Assembly: GCA_964016885.1 (NCBI GenBank)
Contig: OZ024740.1
Span: 262,756,001 to 262,820,000 of the forward strand
Direction of reading: 5' to 3'
DNA length: 64,000 nucleotides
Source of the DNA: Eledone cirrhosa
Taxonomy: Eukaryota
In this document: piece after piece, positions 37,797 through 54,155 of the stretch
How positions within the stretch are numbered: position 1 is the stretch's first letter
How the letters are laid out: every line of letters begins with the position of its first letter
The notes under the pieces: model-generated
Databases searched by the model: none
What the model was told of the DNA's origin: nothing
Seen by the model: the letters and a program-made list of their open reading frames with translations, nothing else
Position numbers and translations under genes: made by a program

Positions 37797-40700
37797 ATGA
37801 CCTCACTCAGAATAGGCAGCATAAATGCGCGTGGCTTGGGGTCGTCATGGGACCAGGGCCACCTGCTCATCGACCTCAGGTCACTTAACATAGATGTAGT
37901 GGCCATCAGCGAGAGCAGAATCTCCGAAGCACAGGCTTTCGCACCGATCTTCGGCGGCTACGATGTGTACGCATCTCCCAGCCGTCCGGGATCGGGGGGA
38001 GGAGTTGCTGTGCTTTTTCGGAGAGGTTTGGATCTTGCCATACGGGCCATCTTCCTGGACCCAGAAGGTAAGTTGGTGGTGCTGGACGTGACCAGCGGAG
38101 ACGGTCAAGCTTTCAGATTAGTGGCCGTCTATGCCCCGACAGGAGCAGGGCGCCTGATTTATTCCGGCGTCTGGAGACCTTTCTTGGAACGTCCCGCTCT
38201 TTAGTGTTAGTGGGCGACTGGAACGGGATCTTAGATGCACGCTGGGATTGTGTGGGATTAGTGGATAGGGAAGGAGGGTGCAAGAGTCTCACCAACCTGC
38301 TCAGACGTTTTGAACTGTCTGACAGGTACCGAATGGATTTCCCGAATGTATCAATGTGGACTTGGACAAATCGCATAGGGTCATCCAGATCATATCTAGA
38401 TAGAGTATTTTGTAAGGAAATAGATAGGTCTAGCATAGGCTGTCCACAATTCAAGATAGTCAGCTACACGGACCACAAATTCGTGATCTGTGTGCTTGAC
38501 TTAGATAGGCTTCATGGACGAGGACCCGGCTACTGGAAGCTAAACGCGTCCTTACCAGCGCGCAAGGCCTACAGAGACCGGATTAGCGAACTAGTTAAGC
38601 GGGCGTTGACGGGGCCATCGTCAACAGCAAGTGGTGGTTTGCTCTGAAAAGAGCAATTAGAATAGAGTCCATTAGGTTTAGTAAGACTTTAGCAATAGAG
38701 AAAAATAGAGCAGAGGGAGAATTAGTTAGAAAATTAGAGGGAGGCGCTCAGCAAAGGCATCGCGACCGACATACTTGCGGCGAAATTGGCCCTTGACCAA
38801 TTCTTCAATGCAAAGCACGAAGGCTGCGTTGTCAGAGCTAGGGTGCGTGCTCTCAGACACGAGGGGACGAAAGCCGTTCAATGGGCCCGAGTGGCGGAGG
38901 TCCGTCGTGGCAACAAAGCCACGATCCGGTCTTTGGTGGACCACGACGGGCGCATGCTACTCGATCCCGGGCAAATGTGTGCAGCTTTTCAGCGACACTT
39001 CGCTCAACTGTTCGGGGGCAGTGGCGGGCCGGATCGAGGGATGGATTTAGTGTCTACCTCGACGGACTGCCGCGGGTTTCAGCCACTGAGGCGGAGTGTT
39101 GCGAAAAGCCGATAACAACCGCTGAAGTACGGGATGCAATGACTAGTTGCACAAGGGGTAAATCGCCTGGTTTGGATGGTCTGCCCTATGAACTTTACGT
39201 ACAAATGCCAAACTTGTTCGGAGGCCTCTTGGCGGACGTCTACTGCAACTGGCAACAGAACGGGAGAATTCCCAGCTCTGTGAGCCGAGGAGCGGTGCCG
39301 CTGCTGAGAAAGGATCCGGACAAGGGGGATAACATAGATAATTTTAGGCCCATAACTCTGCTAAACACAGAGTTCAAGATTTTGGCCAAGGTGCTAGCAA
39401 AGAGGTTGGCGCTTGTCGTTAGTGGTCTGGTGGGAGAGGCACAGACATGCTCCATTCCCGACAGATCCATTCACGACAACCTCCACCTCATGCGATACAT
39501 CGTAGAGAGGGTAGCTAGGGAACCTGGCACGGGTGGGTCTTTGATCAATTTAGATCAGTGGAAAGCCTTCGATAGGGTCGACCATCGTTACCTAGCGGCA
39601 GTCCTCAGGGCGGCTGGCTTTGGGCCCGTCTTCAAAGGCTGGCTCGCTGCCATGCACAGCGACATCTGCTCTGTAGTGAGAGTGAACGGTCACTTTTCGG
39701 AACCGTTCAACATCATGCGCTCGGTCCGCCAAGGATGTCCCCTCTCGTCCCTATTGTACGTATTGACTCTCGAGCCATTACTGCACTAACTGGAGACGTT
39801 GAGGGGGCTCCCGCGCGAACTAGGATGCGGAAGATCCGTGTCAGCATATGCCGACGATGTCACCGTAGTGGTGTCGAACGCCAAACACATCGAGGCGATC
39901 GGCACTACACTAAGAGAATGCGAAGCGTTGACAGGAGCAATGATCAACCAGGAAAAGTCAGTGGGCCTGCAGCTCGGCACCTGGAGAGGCAGGTCCATGC
40001 CGTCCAACAGCGTCGTCGGGTGCTGGACGGACGGATCGGTTAAATTGCTAGGGGTCTGGTTCGGTCCAGACCTCCAGACGGACAAAAACTGGGACGTGGT
40101 GACGAGCAGGGTGGCTTCTCTCACCCAGAAATGGGCCGAGAGGAAGCTATCCCTGAAAGGTCGAGCGGAGGTGGCTAACGCGTACATCGCGTCCGTCATC
40201 TACTACCGCCTGACCGTCGTACCTTGTCCTAAGCCCCGCCTGACTGCGCTGGAGCGTTTGCTCTTTCGCTTCTTGTGGAAGGGACGCGCTCCGATGGTCA
40301 GGGGGTCCATCTGCTGTCAACACCCGCTACGTGGAGGGCTGGGCATGCCGTGGCTGATGATGCGCAGACACGCGCTCAGGATACGACATCTCCACCTCTT
40401 CCTCGACGGTGATCAGGTGTGGTCGCCGTTTGCTAGACACGTTTTTCCCCAGCTCGTCTCCTTGACGGAGCTGCAGTCCTGGGTCAAGCGAAGACCGAGA
40501 GGGAGCGCTTGGAGACTGGAATGTCTTCAGGCGCTCACAGCCCTCGACCAATCGGGCAATGTGATCGGTGGAAACTCCACCTTGGCGTTCTGTAGGGGAT
40601 TAGTGGAGGGGAAGAGCGACGACGTACTTGGAGAAACTCTAGGCGTCGACGAAAATCAAGTAGCCAATCTCTTCGGAAGGACTTTCGGGCCGGGGCCTAT

Positions 40701-41214
40701 GGACAACTTCCAGAAATCCCTGGCCTGGCAGTGCTACCGGGATGCTTTGCCAGTTCGGGATAAACTTTACAGGCATGGAGGTGCCGTCAGCCGGCCATGT
40801 CCGAGATGCGCACAGGGCGACGAAACTGTCCTGCACGCACTCGTCCAGTGTCCGAGCATTGCTGACTTATGGGTTTATGTCGAACACCTGATGTTGCGTG
40901 TAGGACGGATCCAGCTATCAGCTGAGTCCATTGTGAGGATTGCCCCGCCCTCTTCCTTTAGCCGGGAAGGGCAGGCAGTTTTTATCTGTCTGGTGGCCAT
41001 GGCGAAAGAGATAGTATGGTGGACACGTTTGAAAGGGCTGAAGGCGAGCACTTACCTCTTCGGTGATGCCCTGATTAACTTTTTCAAATTTCATCTGAAA
41101 AGGAAAATCAGGGTAGAGAGGGAAGTGCTCTCTTCCCAGCATTTTGTTGAAAGATGGGTGAGAGAAGCAAGTATGGCCCGAATGAATGGGCCTTCTCTGA
41201 GTATGTGTCTGTAA
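37797..41214 (+). pseudogene. Tx1 ORF2: APE endonuclease, RT and zf-RVT; several frameshifts and one stop
   Basis: MTSLRIGSINARGL, GDWN, YTDH, KSPGLDG, FRPITLLN, KAFDRV, VRQGCPLS, YADD, GGLG and CPRC..H..C motifs. Confidence 0.92.
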
Positions 41215-41492
41215 ATTAAAGGTGGAAAGCTGGGAGAGGGCACTTGCCCTGGTGGTCAGGGCCACTGTGGTCTTTTAATGTGCTTTCTCCACAAATGTCC
41301 CTCGGAACTCTCCCCCCTATTGGGGAATTTTTCTTTGTTATTTTATTTCATCCTCTGTTTTTTTTACACGCAGAAATGCCCATTTGTACCGTCCTGTATT
41401 GTCCTGTACTGTTCTTAATGTCTACTTTATGTAAACCCTTGTGGTTAATAAAGAAAACATTATTATTATTATTATTATTATTATTGTTGTTA

Positions 41493-41724
41493 TTCCTTGA
41501 ATCTCAGTCATTGATGTTGGTTAACTGGAAAGTCCGTTGGAATGAATATCAAGCCACTACTTGCAGCCTCAGATATTCAGGACGTATCGGAGGGTTCTTG
41601 CTGTTCCAAGCAAGCATGCCTTTTGAAGCGTTCCAAAAAGCGTGAAGGGGCCGATTTTCTTTAACCATCCCTGGAAACTTTTGGAGATAGTCCCCAGTGC
41701 GCCTATGACAATCGGGATCACTAT
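41493..41724 (-). mobile_element. Dong/R4-like 3' fragment (second copy)
   Basis: IPIVIGALGTISKSFQGWLKKIG..LQKACLLGTARTLRYVLNI*; same 3' UTR as the 34966 copy; within (ATT)n. Confidence 0.85.
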
Positions 41725-41779
41725 TATTATTATTAATATTAATATTACTATTATTATCATTATTATTGGTTATTAGTTT

Positions 41780-44903
<3,124 letters not shown>

Positions 44904-44965
44904 CTTAGGTTGGTCTTGGTAATGAGGGTGGGTTGGGACTTGTGGGGTTTCTAATGTCCCCCCAG

Positions 44966-47788
44966 TCGTTCCCGGCGCGCAAAGCTTACAGAGAGCGGAT
45001 TAGCGAATTAGTTAAATGTGTGGGGACAGGTGCGATCGTCAACAACAGGTAGTGGTTTACCCTGAGAAGGGCTATTAGAGTAGAATAGATAAGGTTTAGC
45101 AAAGTAGTAGTGATAGAGGAAAATAGATAAGAGGGAGAGTTAGTTAGAAAGCTAGGACAGGCATCGCAACCGACGTGCTGGCGGTGAGACTGGCACTCGA
45201 CCAATTCTTCAACGCAAAGGATGAAGGGTGCGTTGTCAGAGCTAGAGCGCGTGCTCTACGACACGAGGGGAATAAAGCCGTTCAATGGGCTCGGGTGGTG
45301 GAAGCGCGATGCGGCAACAAGCCCACAGTTCAGTCTTTGCCTGATCAAACGGGCATATGTTGCTCGAATCCGAGTACATGTGTGCGGCTTTTCAACAGCA
45401 CTTTGCTCAATTGTTCGGGATCGGCGACAGACCGGATCGGAGTATGGATTTCGGTGCATACCTCGACGGACTGGCGCGGCTCCTGACGACCGTAGCGCAG
45501 TGCTGCGAAAAGCCGATAACAGCAGATGAAATACGGGAAGCGATTTCTGACTGCACGAGGGGTAAACCTCGTTTACGTTTGGATGGTCTGCCCTACGAGC
45601 TTTATGCGTATATGCCAGACGTATATGCCAGACTTGTTCGGCGACTTCTTGGCAGATGTCTACTGCACCTGGCAGCAGACGGGAAGCGGTGGCGATGCTG
45701 AGAAAAGACCCGAACTAGGTGGACGTTATAGACAACTTCAGGCCCAAAACTCTGCTAAACGCCGAGTTCAAGATTTTGGCCAAGGTGTTAGCAAATAGAT
45801 TGGTGCTTGTCGTCGATGATCTGGTGAGAGTGGCGCAGACATGCGCCATTCCGGAAAGATCCATCCACGACAACCTCTAACTCATTCGATACATCATAGA
45901 GAGGGTGGTTAAGGAACCAGGAAAGGGTGGTACCTTGATCAACTTGGATCAATCTAAAGCATTTGATACGGTCGACCATCGGTACCTGGTTGCGGTCCTC
46001 GAGGCGGCTGGCGTCGGGCCCGTTTCTAGGTGCTGGATCGCTGCGATGCACAGCAACATCTGCTCCATTGTGAGGGTGAATGGTCACCTGGCGCAGTCTT
46101 TCAGCATCATGCGCTCGGTCCGCCAGGGTTGCCTCCTCTCGTCCCTCTGGTACGTACTGGCCTTCGAGCTGATGAGGCGCGTCTCACGCGAACTGGGCTG
46201 CGTGAGATCCGTGTCAGCCTACGCCGACGACGTCAGCTTGGTGGTGTCGAGCACCAAACACGTCCAGATGCTCGGCACCGCTCTCAAGGAATATGAAGCG
46301 GTGACAGGAGCAAAGATAAACTAGGGAGAGTCGGTGGACTTCCAACTCGGCCCCTGGAGAGGCTATTCCATGCCGTCCGACAGCGTCGTGGGACGCTGGA
46401 CGGAAGGACCGGTTAAATTGCTCGGAGTCTGGTTTGGTGCGGTCCTCCAGGTGGAGAAAAACTGGAGCGACGTGACGAGCAGGTTGGACTCTCTCACCCA
46501 GAAATGGGCTGAGAGGCGGCTGTTTCTGAAAGGTCGGGCGGAGGTGGAGAATGCGTACATAGCGTCCGTCATCTGCTACCGCCTGATCGTCGTACATTTA
46601 CCCCGCCCAACTCTGACCAAAATGGAGCGCCTTCTCTCCCATCGTCAGACGATCCATTTGCTGTCAACACCCGTTGCGTGGAGTACTAGGCATGCCGTAG
46701 CTGATGATGCGCAAACATGCGCTGAGGCTGCGACATCTCTGGTGCTTCCTTGACGGTGAACAGGTGTGGTCGTCGTTTGTCAGACGCGCTTTTCCCCAGT
46801 TTGTCTCCTTGACGGAGCTGCAGTTCTGGATCAGGAAAAGACAGAGGGATAGCGCTTGGAAGGTGGAATGTCACCTCCCTCTACCAGCTAGGCACTAGTA
46901 TCGATGGGACATCCACCTCGACGTTCTATAGAGAGCTAGTGGAGGGAAAGATTGACGACATTCTCGAGGAGACACTGCGCATCGAAGACATCAGCTGTAC
47001 GCACTCATCAGAACTTTCAGACCCGGACCTATGGACAACTTGCAGAAATCCCTGGCCTGGCAGTGCTACCGGGGAGCGTTTCCGGTTCGGGATAAGCTCT
47101 ACAGGCAGGGTGGTGCCGTCAGCCGAGCCTGTCCGAGATGCGCGCAGGGCGACGAAACCGTCTTGCACGCACTCGTTCAGTACCCGAGGATTGCTGACTT
47201 GTAGAGCTATGCCGAACAACTGATGTTGCGTGTAGGACGGATCCGGTTATCGACTGAGTCCACTGTGCAGATAGCCCCGCCATCCTCCTTTACAAAGGAG
47301 GAAGGGCAGGCAGTTTTCATATGCCTGGTGGTCATGGCGAAAGAGATTATATAGTGTACAAGGTTGAAAGGGTTGAATACGGCCAATCCCTGATTAACTT
47401 TTTCAAGTTTCACTTGAAGGGGACAATCAGGGTGCAGAGACAAGTGCTGTCTTCTAGTAAGTTTGTTGAGAGGTGGGTGAAAGTGGCGAGTGTGGTCCGA
47501 GTGAAAGGGCCCGCTCTGAGTATACGCCTGTAGACTGAGGAGTGGGAAAACTGAGAGTGGGCGCTTGCCTTGGTGGTGAGGGTGGCCGTGGCCTTTTTGT
47601 GTTGTTTTCGCTACGAGTGAACCTCGGAAGTTTCCCCCTTTCGGGGGAATTTTTGTTATTTGAATTTTTTTGATTTTTAGCCCAATTTTGTTATAACACG
47701 ACCAAAACCCACTTTGTATCGTCCTGTAGTGTTCTTTGACGTCTCTAATGTTTTTCTTCGTGTTAGCCCTTGTTGCCAATAAAGAAAC

Positions 47789-47789
<1 letters not shown>
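44966..47789 (+). mobile_element. Tx1-like copy C2, 5'-truncated (A-like subfamily)
   Basis: RT motifs KAFDTV, VRQG and YADD; 3' UTR like copy A; ends AATAAAGAAACC-(ATT)n. Confidence 0.88.
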
Positions 47790-47821
<32 letters not shown>

Positions 47822-47824
47822 GAT

Positions 47825-47983
47825 TTCCAGCATAGTTACGTCCCTTTACGATCTGAGTTCAAATCCCGCCGAGGTAGACTTTGCATTTCATCCTCACGAG
47901 GTCGATGAAATAAAGTAACAGTAATGCACTGGTTAATTGCTGACCTTGTGCCTAAAGTAGAAACAATTATTATTATTATTATT
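47825..47983 (+). mobile_element. 5'-truncated Meta-like SINE with ATT tail
   Basis: B box, core and AGTAGAAACA(ATT)n end. Confidence 0.8.
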
Positions 47984-47986
47984 GTT

Positions 47987-50900
47987 GGCGACCTACGTAG
48001 GAAATCGTATTATCGTGAGCACCGCAAAGGTTTGTTGTTTTCAGTTGTTTCAAATAGCCAGTTATGGAACTTTTTGTTGTTGAGTGTTTATAAGTTCACA
48101 TATATTGCTTTCTGAAAAAGGACAGTAAATAATATTGGGGCCTTGAGCACAAAATTTAAATGTTTATAATTATCAAACAAAAACTTTCTTTGAAATGGAT
48201 TCACCCAGAATCGACTCTTCCACGCCGAACACCACTGACACCACCACCATCACAACTGAAACTAAAAATAACAATAACAAAAATAACAATAACAACAACA
48301 GCAACAACAACAATGAGAATAACAACAACAATATCAACACCAGCGCAAACCAAAATGTGTCGTTTGCCAAAGCAGCCAAGAAAGGCGAAACAATCGAGGT
48401 AAACCAGGATGAATTAAATGAAGCCAAGAGAATGGTAAAAAAAGATGGTACAGGATCAGCGCCACCACCCCCATTTAATAAAATGGACCATCGGCGCCTA
48501 TGCAACGTGTCATATCGGGCGATAAACACAAAATCACGTCGAGTGGACGGGCATCCGAGTCCCAGATACAAAAAACTTTGGACATGTGTGGGCGAAAAAA
48601 ACCCACATCAGACGTTGGCAGAAATATGGAGCCGTGGACGTGTTCTTTGGAACCCCACAGGAAGCCAGAGAGCACTCCATGGCTCCATTAAGAAGAGCCG
48701 AGTTCACACACGTCCCAAGCTATTGTGGTCAGAGACTCGTAAAGATCAGGGTGACCCACGTTCCGCCGGCCATCGAAATTCCCTTGCTAATGGCTGCGAT
48801 CCACGGCGGCATCGAGGCCAACACGAAAATAATTGAGTTAACAAAAGAAAAGCAGAAGAACTGGTCCGGATCTAGGATGGAGCTCCTGATCCAAGCGGAC
48901 CAACAAACACTAGGAAATTCCAGAGGTGATAGACCTCAATGACGGCAGCCACCTCACCGTAATCGTTGAGGCTAGAAGGCATAGGTGTGTCGTTTGTGGT
49001 GACGGAAACCACCTAAAGGCTTTCTGCACACAGGCTAAAAAGTTGATGCCGCCTCTCCTACCCTCCCCAGTAACTCAACCATCAAAACCAGCAGCAGCAG
49101 AAACGGCAGCAACAACTCTAGCAGCAACAATAGAAGTAACTGTAGCAGTAACAACCCCAGCAACAGTAGCAAAACCAACACCACCAACACCCACCGCGCC
49201 AGAATTAGCACCACGCCACAACCAAAACCAATGCCTGTGGAGGACTTTTTACTCCCCGACCTAGCCCAACTGGAGAAAGATTGAGGAGGAGTCGGAAATG
49301 TTCAGGAAAAAAGAAAAAGTAAAAAAAGAACCCCAAAAAGAAAAAAATCCTCTTCCTTCGCCCTCCAAAAAAATAATGCAGGAGGAAACAAAAAAGTTGA
49401 GACAGCTATGCCACCACCCACACCAGCATCAACAGCCTCATCACCACAAACACCAACACCATCACCGTCATTAACCACAGAACCACCATCACCAACACCA
49501 CAAAAATCACCAAAAAGCGAAGCAAACAAACCCACAACAAACGCAAACAAAACAAAACAACCAAAACGATACACACTACACGGCATTAAATTTGAACAAC
49601 AACCAATTATTACACTACATCCAACACAAAACCAGCATCACAGGAAAAGAGTATACAACACCCCAAAACTTTACACCACCTCCACACATACAAATCACTC
49701 GCATCACACAGAAAACGTACACGACACTAAAACAAAAATTCCCTAAGGACATCGGAGAATTCCGACAAACACAATCCAGGAGGATTTATAAGGACATCCT
49801 TCCGGAGGAGGCCACAAGCAGTGTGAGAAGGATGGAAAAACCATCCCTCTTCTACGAGAAGTGAGATCAGTGGTCTTTCCCATCTTTTTCTACTCAATTT
49901 TCAACATGACCTCACTCAGAATAGGCAGCATAAATGCCGCGTGGCTTGGGGTCGTCATGGAAGCAGGGCCACTTGCTCAACGACCTCAGGTCACTAAACA
50001 TAGATGTAGTGGCCATCAGCAAGACCAGAATCTCCGAAGCGCGGGCCTTCGTGCCGAACTCCGGCGGCTACCATGTGTACGCATCTCCCAGCCGTCCTGG
50101 ATCGGGGGGGGGGAGTTGCTGTGCTTTTTCGGAGAGGTTTGGATCTCACTATACAGCCCATCTTCCTGGACCCAGAAAGTAAGTTGGTGGTGCTGGACGT
50201 GACCAGCGGAGACGAGCAAGCTTTCAGGCTAGTGGCCGTCTATGCCCCGACAGGAGCAGGGCGGCCTGATTTCTTCCGGCGTCAGGAGACCTTTCTTGGA
50301 ACGTCCCGCTCTTTAGTGTTAGTGGGCGACTGGAACGGGATCTTAGATGCACGCTGGGACTGTGTGGGATTAGGGGACATGGGAGGAGGGTGTAAAAGAC
50401 TCGCAAACCTGCTCAGACGGTTTCAACTGTCTGACAGGTACCGTCTGGATTTCCCGAATGTGTCAATGTGGACATGGACAAACCGCATCGGGTCATCCAG
50501 ATCATATCTAGATGGGGTATTTTGTAGGGAAATAAATAGGTCTAGCATAAGCTGTCCACATTTCAACATAGTCGACTACACGGACCGCAAATTCGTGATC
50601 TGTGAGGTTGACTTAAATAAGATTCATAGACAGGGACCCGGCTACTGGAAGCTAAACGCGCCATTAACAGCGCGCAAGGCCTACAGAGACCGGATTAGCG
50701 AACTAGTTTAGCGGGCGTTGACGTGGCCTATCTTCAACAACAGCTGGTGGTTTGCTCTGAAAAGAGCGATTAGAATAGAGTTCATTAGGTTTAGTAAGGA
50801 TTTGGCAATAAGAAAAGAAGAGCAAAGGGAGAACTAGTTAGAAAATTAGACGAGCCGCTTAGTAATGTCATCGCGACCGACGTACTTGCGGCGAAATTGC

Positions 50901-53493
50901 CCTTGACCAATTCTTCGATGCAAAGCACGAAGGCTGCGTTGTCAGAGCTAGGGTGCGTGCTCTCAGACACGAGGGGACGAAAGCCGTTCAATGGGCCCGA
51001 TTGCAGGAAGCGCATCGTGGCAACAAAGCTACGATCCGGTCTTTGGTGGACCACGACGGGCGCATACTACTCGATCCCGGGCAAATGTGTGAAGCTTTTC
51101 AGCGACACTTCGCTAAGCTGTTCGGGGGTAGCGGCGGGCCGGATCGAGTGATGGACTTTAGTGCCTACCTGAGTCGGAGTATTGCGAAAAGCCGATAACA
51201 CCCCTGAAGTACGGGAGGCAATGACTGGCTGCACAATGGGTAAATCGCCTGGTTTGGATGGTCTGCCCTATAAACTTTACGTACAGATGCCAGACTTGTT
51301 CGGAGGCCACTTGGCGGACGTCTACTGCAACTGGCAACAGAACGGGAGAATTCCCAGCCCTGTGAGCCGAGGAGCGGTGGCGCTGCTGAGCAAGAATCCG
51401 AACAAGGGGGATAACAAAGATAATTTCAGGCCCATAACTCTGCTAAACATAGATGTTCAAGATTTTGGCTAAGGTGCTATCAAAGAGATTGGTGCTTGTT
51501 GTTAGGGATCTGGTGGGAGAGGCGCAGACAAGTACCATTCCAGACATATCCAACCACGAAAACCTCCACCTCATGCGATACATCTTGGAGAGGGTAGCTA
51601 GGGAACTTGGCACGGGTGGATCCTTGATCAATTTAGATCAGTCGTAGTTGTATGGCGGCAGTCCTGAGGGCGGCTGGCTTTGGGCCCGTCTTCATGGGCT
51701 GGATCGCTTAAATGTACAGCGACATCTTCTCTGTGGTGAGAGTGAACGGTCACCTTTCGGAACCGTTCAACATCATGCGCTCGGTCCGCCAAGGATGTCC
51801 CCTCTCGTCCCTCTTGTACGTATTGACATTTGAGCCATTAGTGCACAAACTGGAGACGTCGACGGGGATTCCACGCGAACTAGGATGCGGAAGATCCGTG
51901 TCAGCATATGCTGACGATGTCACCGTAGTGTTGTCGAACGCCAAACAAATTGAGGCGATCGGCACTACACTAAGAGAATACGAACCGGTGACAGGAGCAA
52001 TGATCAACCAGGAAAAGTCAGTGGGCCTGCAGCTCGGCACCTGGAGAGGCAGGTCCATGCCGTCCAACAGCATCGTCGCGCGTTGGACGGACGGACCGGT
52101 TAAATTGCTAGGGGTCTGGTTCGGTCCGGGCCTCCAGACGGACAAAACTGGGACGAGGTGACGAGCCGGGTGGCTTCTCTCACCCACAAATGGGCGGAGA
52201 GGAAGCTATACCTGAAAGGTCGAGTGGAGGGGCTAACGCGTACATCGCGTTCGTCATGTACTACCGCCTGACCGTCGTACCTTGTCCTAAGCCCCGCCTG
52301 ACTGCGCTGGAGCGTTTGCTCTTTCGCTTTATGTCGAAGGGACGCGCTCCGATGGACAGGCGGTCCATCTGCTATCAACACCCGCTAGGTGGAGGGCTGG
52401 GCATGCCGCGGCTGGTGATGCGCAGACACGCGCTCAGGCTACGACTTCTCCACGTCTTCCTCGACGGTGATCAGGTGTGGTCGCCGTTTGCTAGACGCGT
52501 CTTTATCCAGCTCGTCTCCTTGACGGAGCTGCAGTCCTGGGTCAAGTGAAGACCGAGAGGCGCTCACAGCCCTCGACCAATCGGGCAATGTGATCGGTGG
52601 AAACTCCACCTTGGCGTTCTATAGAGGATTAGTGGAGGGGAAGAGCGACGACGTACTTGGAGAAACTCTAGGCGTCGACGAAAATCAACTAGCCAATCTA
52701 TTCGGAAGAACTTTCGGGCGGGGCCTAAGGACAACTTCTAGAAATCCCTGGCCTGGCAGTGCAACCGACGAGCTTTGCCAGTTCGGGATAAACTCTACAG
52801 GCATGGAAGAGCCGTCAGCCGTGCTTGTCCGAGATGCACGCAGGGCGACGAAACCATCCTGCACGCACTCGTCCAGTGTCCGAGCATTGTTGACTTGTGG
52901 ATTTATGTCGAACACCTGCTGTTGCGTGTAGGACGGATCCAGCTATCAGCTGAGTCCATCGTGAGGATTGCCACACCCTCTTCCTTTAGCCGGGAAGGGC
53001 AGGCAGTTTTTATCTGTCTGGTGACCATGGCGAAAGAGATGGTATGGTGGACACGTTTGAAAGGGCTGAAGACGAGCACTTACCTCTTCGGTGATGCCCT
53101 GATTAACCTTTTCAAATTTCATTTGAAAAGGAAAATCAGGGTAGAGAGGGAAGTGCTCTCTTCCCAGCATTTTGTTGAAAGATGGGTGAGAGAGTCAAGA
53201 ATGACCCGAGTGAATGGGCCTACTCTGAGCATGTGTCTGTAAATTAAAGGTGGAAAACTGGGAGAGGGCACTTGCCCTGGTGATCAGGGTCACTGTGGCT
53301 TTTTAATGGGCTTTCTCCACGAATATCCCTCGGAAGTCTCCTCCCTATTGAGGAATTTTTTCATTGTTCTATTATTACATGCTCTGTTCTTTGTTTTTTT
53401 ACACGTAGAAATGCCCTTTTGTAACGTCCTGTATTGTCCTGTACTTTCCTTAATGTCTACTTTGTGAAAACCCTTGTGGTTAATAAAGAAAGC
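47987..53493 (+). mobile_element. Tx1-like copy D (B subfamily), near full length, degraded
   Basis: Same 5' end GGCGACCTACGTAG as copy B; ORF2 ATG at 49906 and stop at 53242; AATAAA at the end. Confidence 0.93.
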
Positions 53494-53955
53494 ATTGGTG
53501 GATTGACTGCCGTTTTATCAGTAAGCCAAGCGTCCACATTGCTTGTTTTATGCTCTTGGAAAATTTCAAAAGGAAACATATAAAGTGGATATTAATTTTG
53601 CTTAATATTAATTGAAAAGAAACCTATTTTATTTGATACTCATTTATTTCAACAGCATCCGTAATCAGGGCCGAACCTAATATAATTAGAATAAGCCCTC
53701 CTCAACTGCGCTTAGCACTAGAATAAACTACTCAATTATGTTCTTCTTTTAGGATAAGCATGCCGATGACAACCGCTTTTTCATTCCATATTTACTGAAT
53801 AATTTCAGTATTAATAGTCATGGTAGAAGCAGTCATGTACGTTAATTCTTACCTCTCATTACATTGTTTATTTAGATTTATCTCTGCTTGTCTTTCGGAT
53901 ATATATATATATATATCAAGGCATGTATTGAGTTAGAAACTCAAAATAGTAAATT

Positions 53956-54155
<200 letters not shown>

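Larger units (their letters stand above)
35574..41458 (+). mobile_element. Tx1-like non-LTR retrotransposon, copy B, near full length and best preserved
   Basis: Starts GGCGACCTACGTAG after (ATT)n; carries ORF1 and ORF2; ends AATAAAGAAAAC-(ATT)n. Confidence 0.95.
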
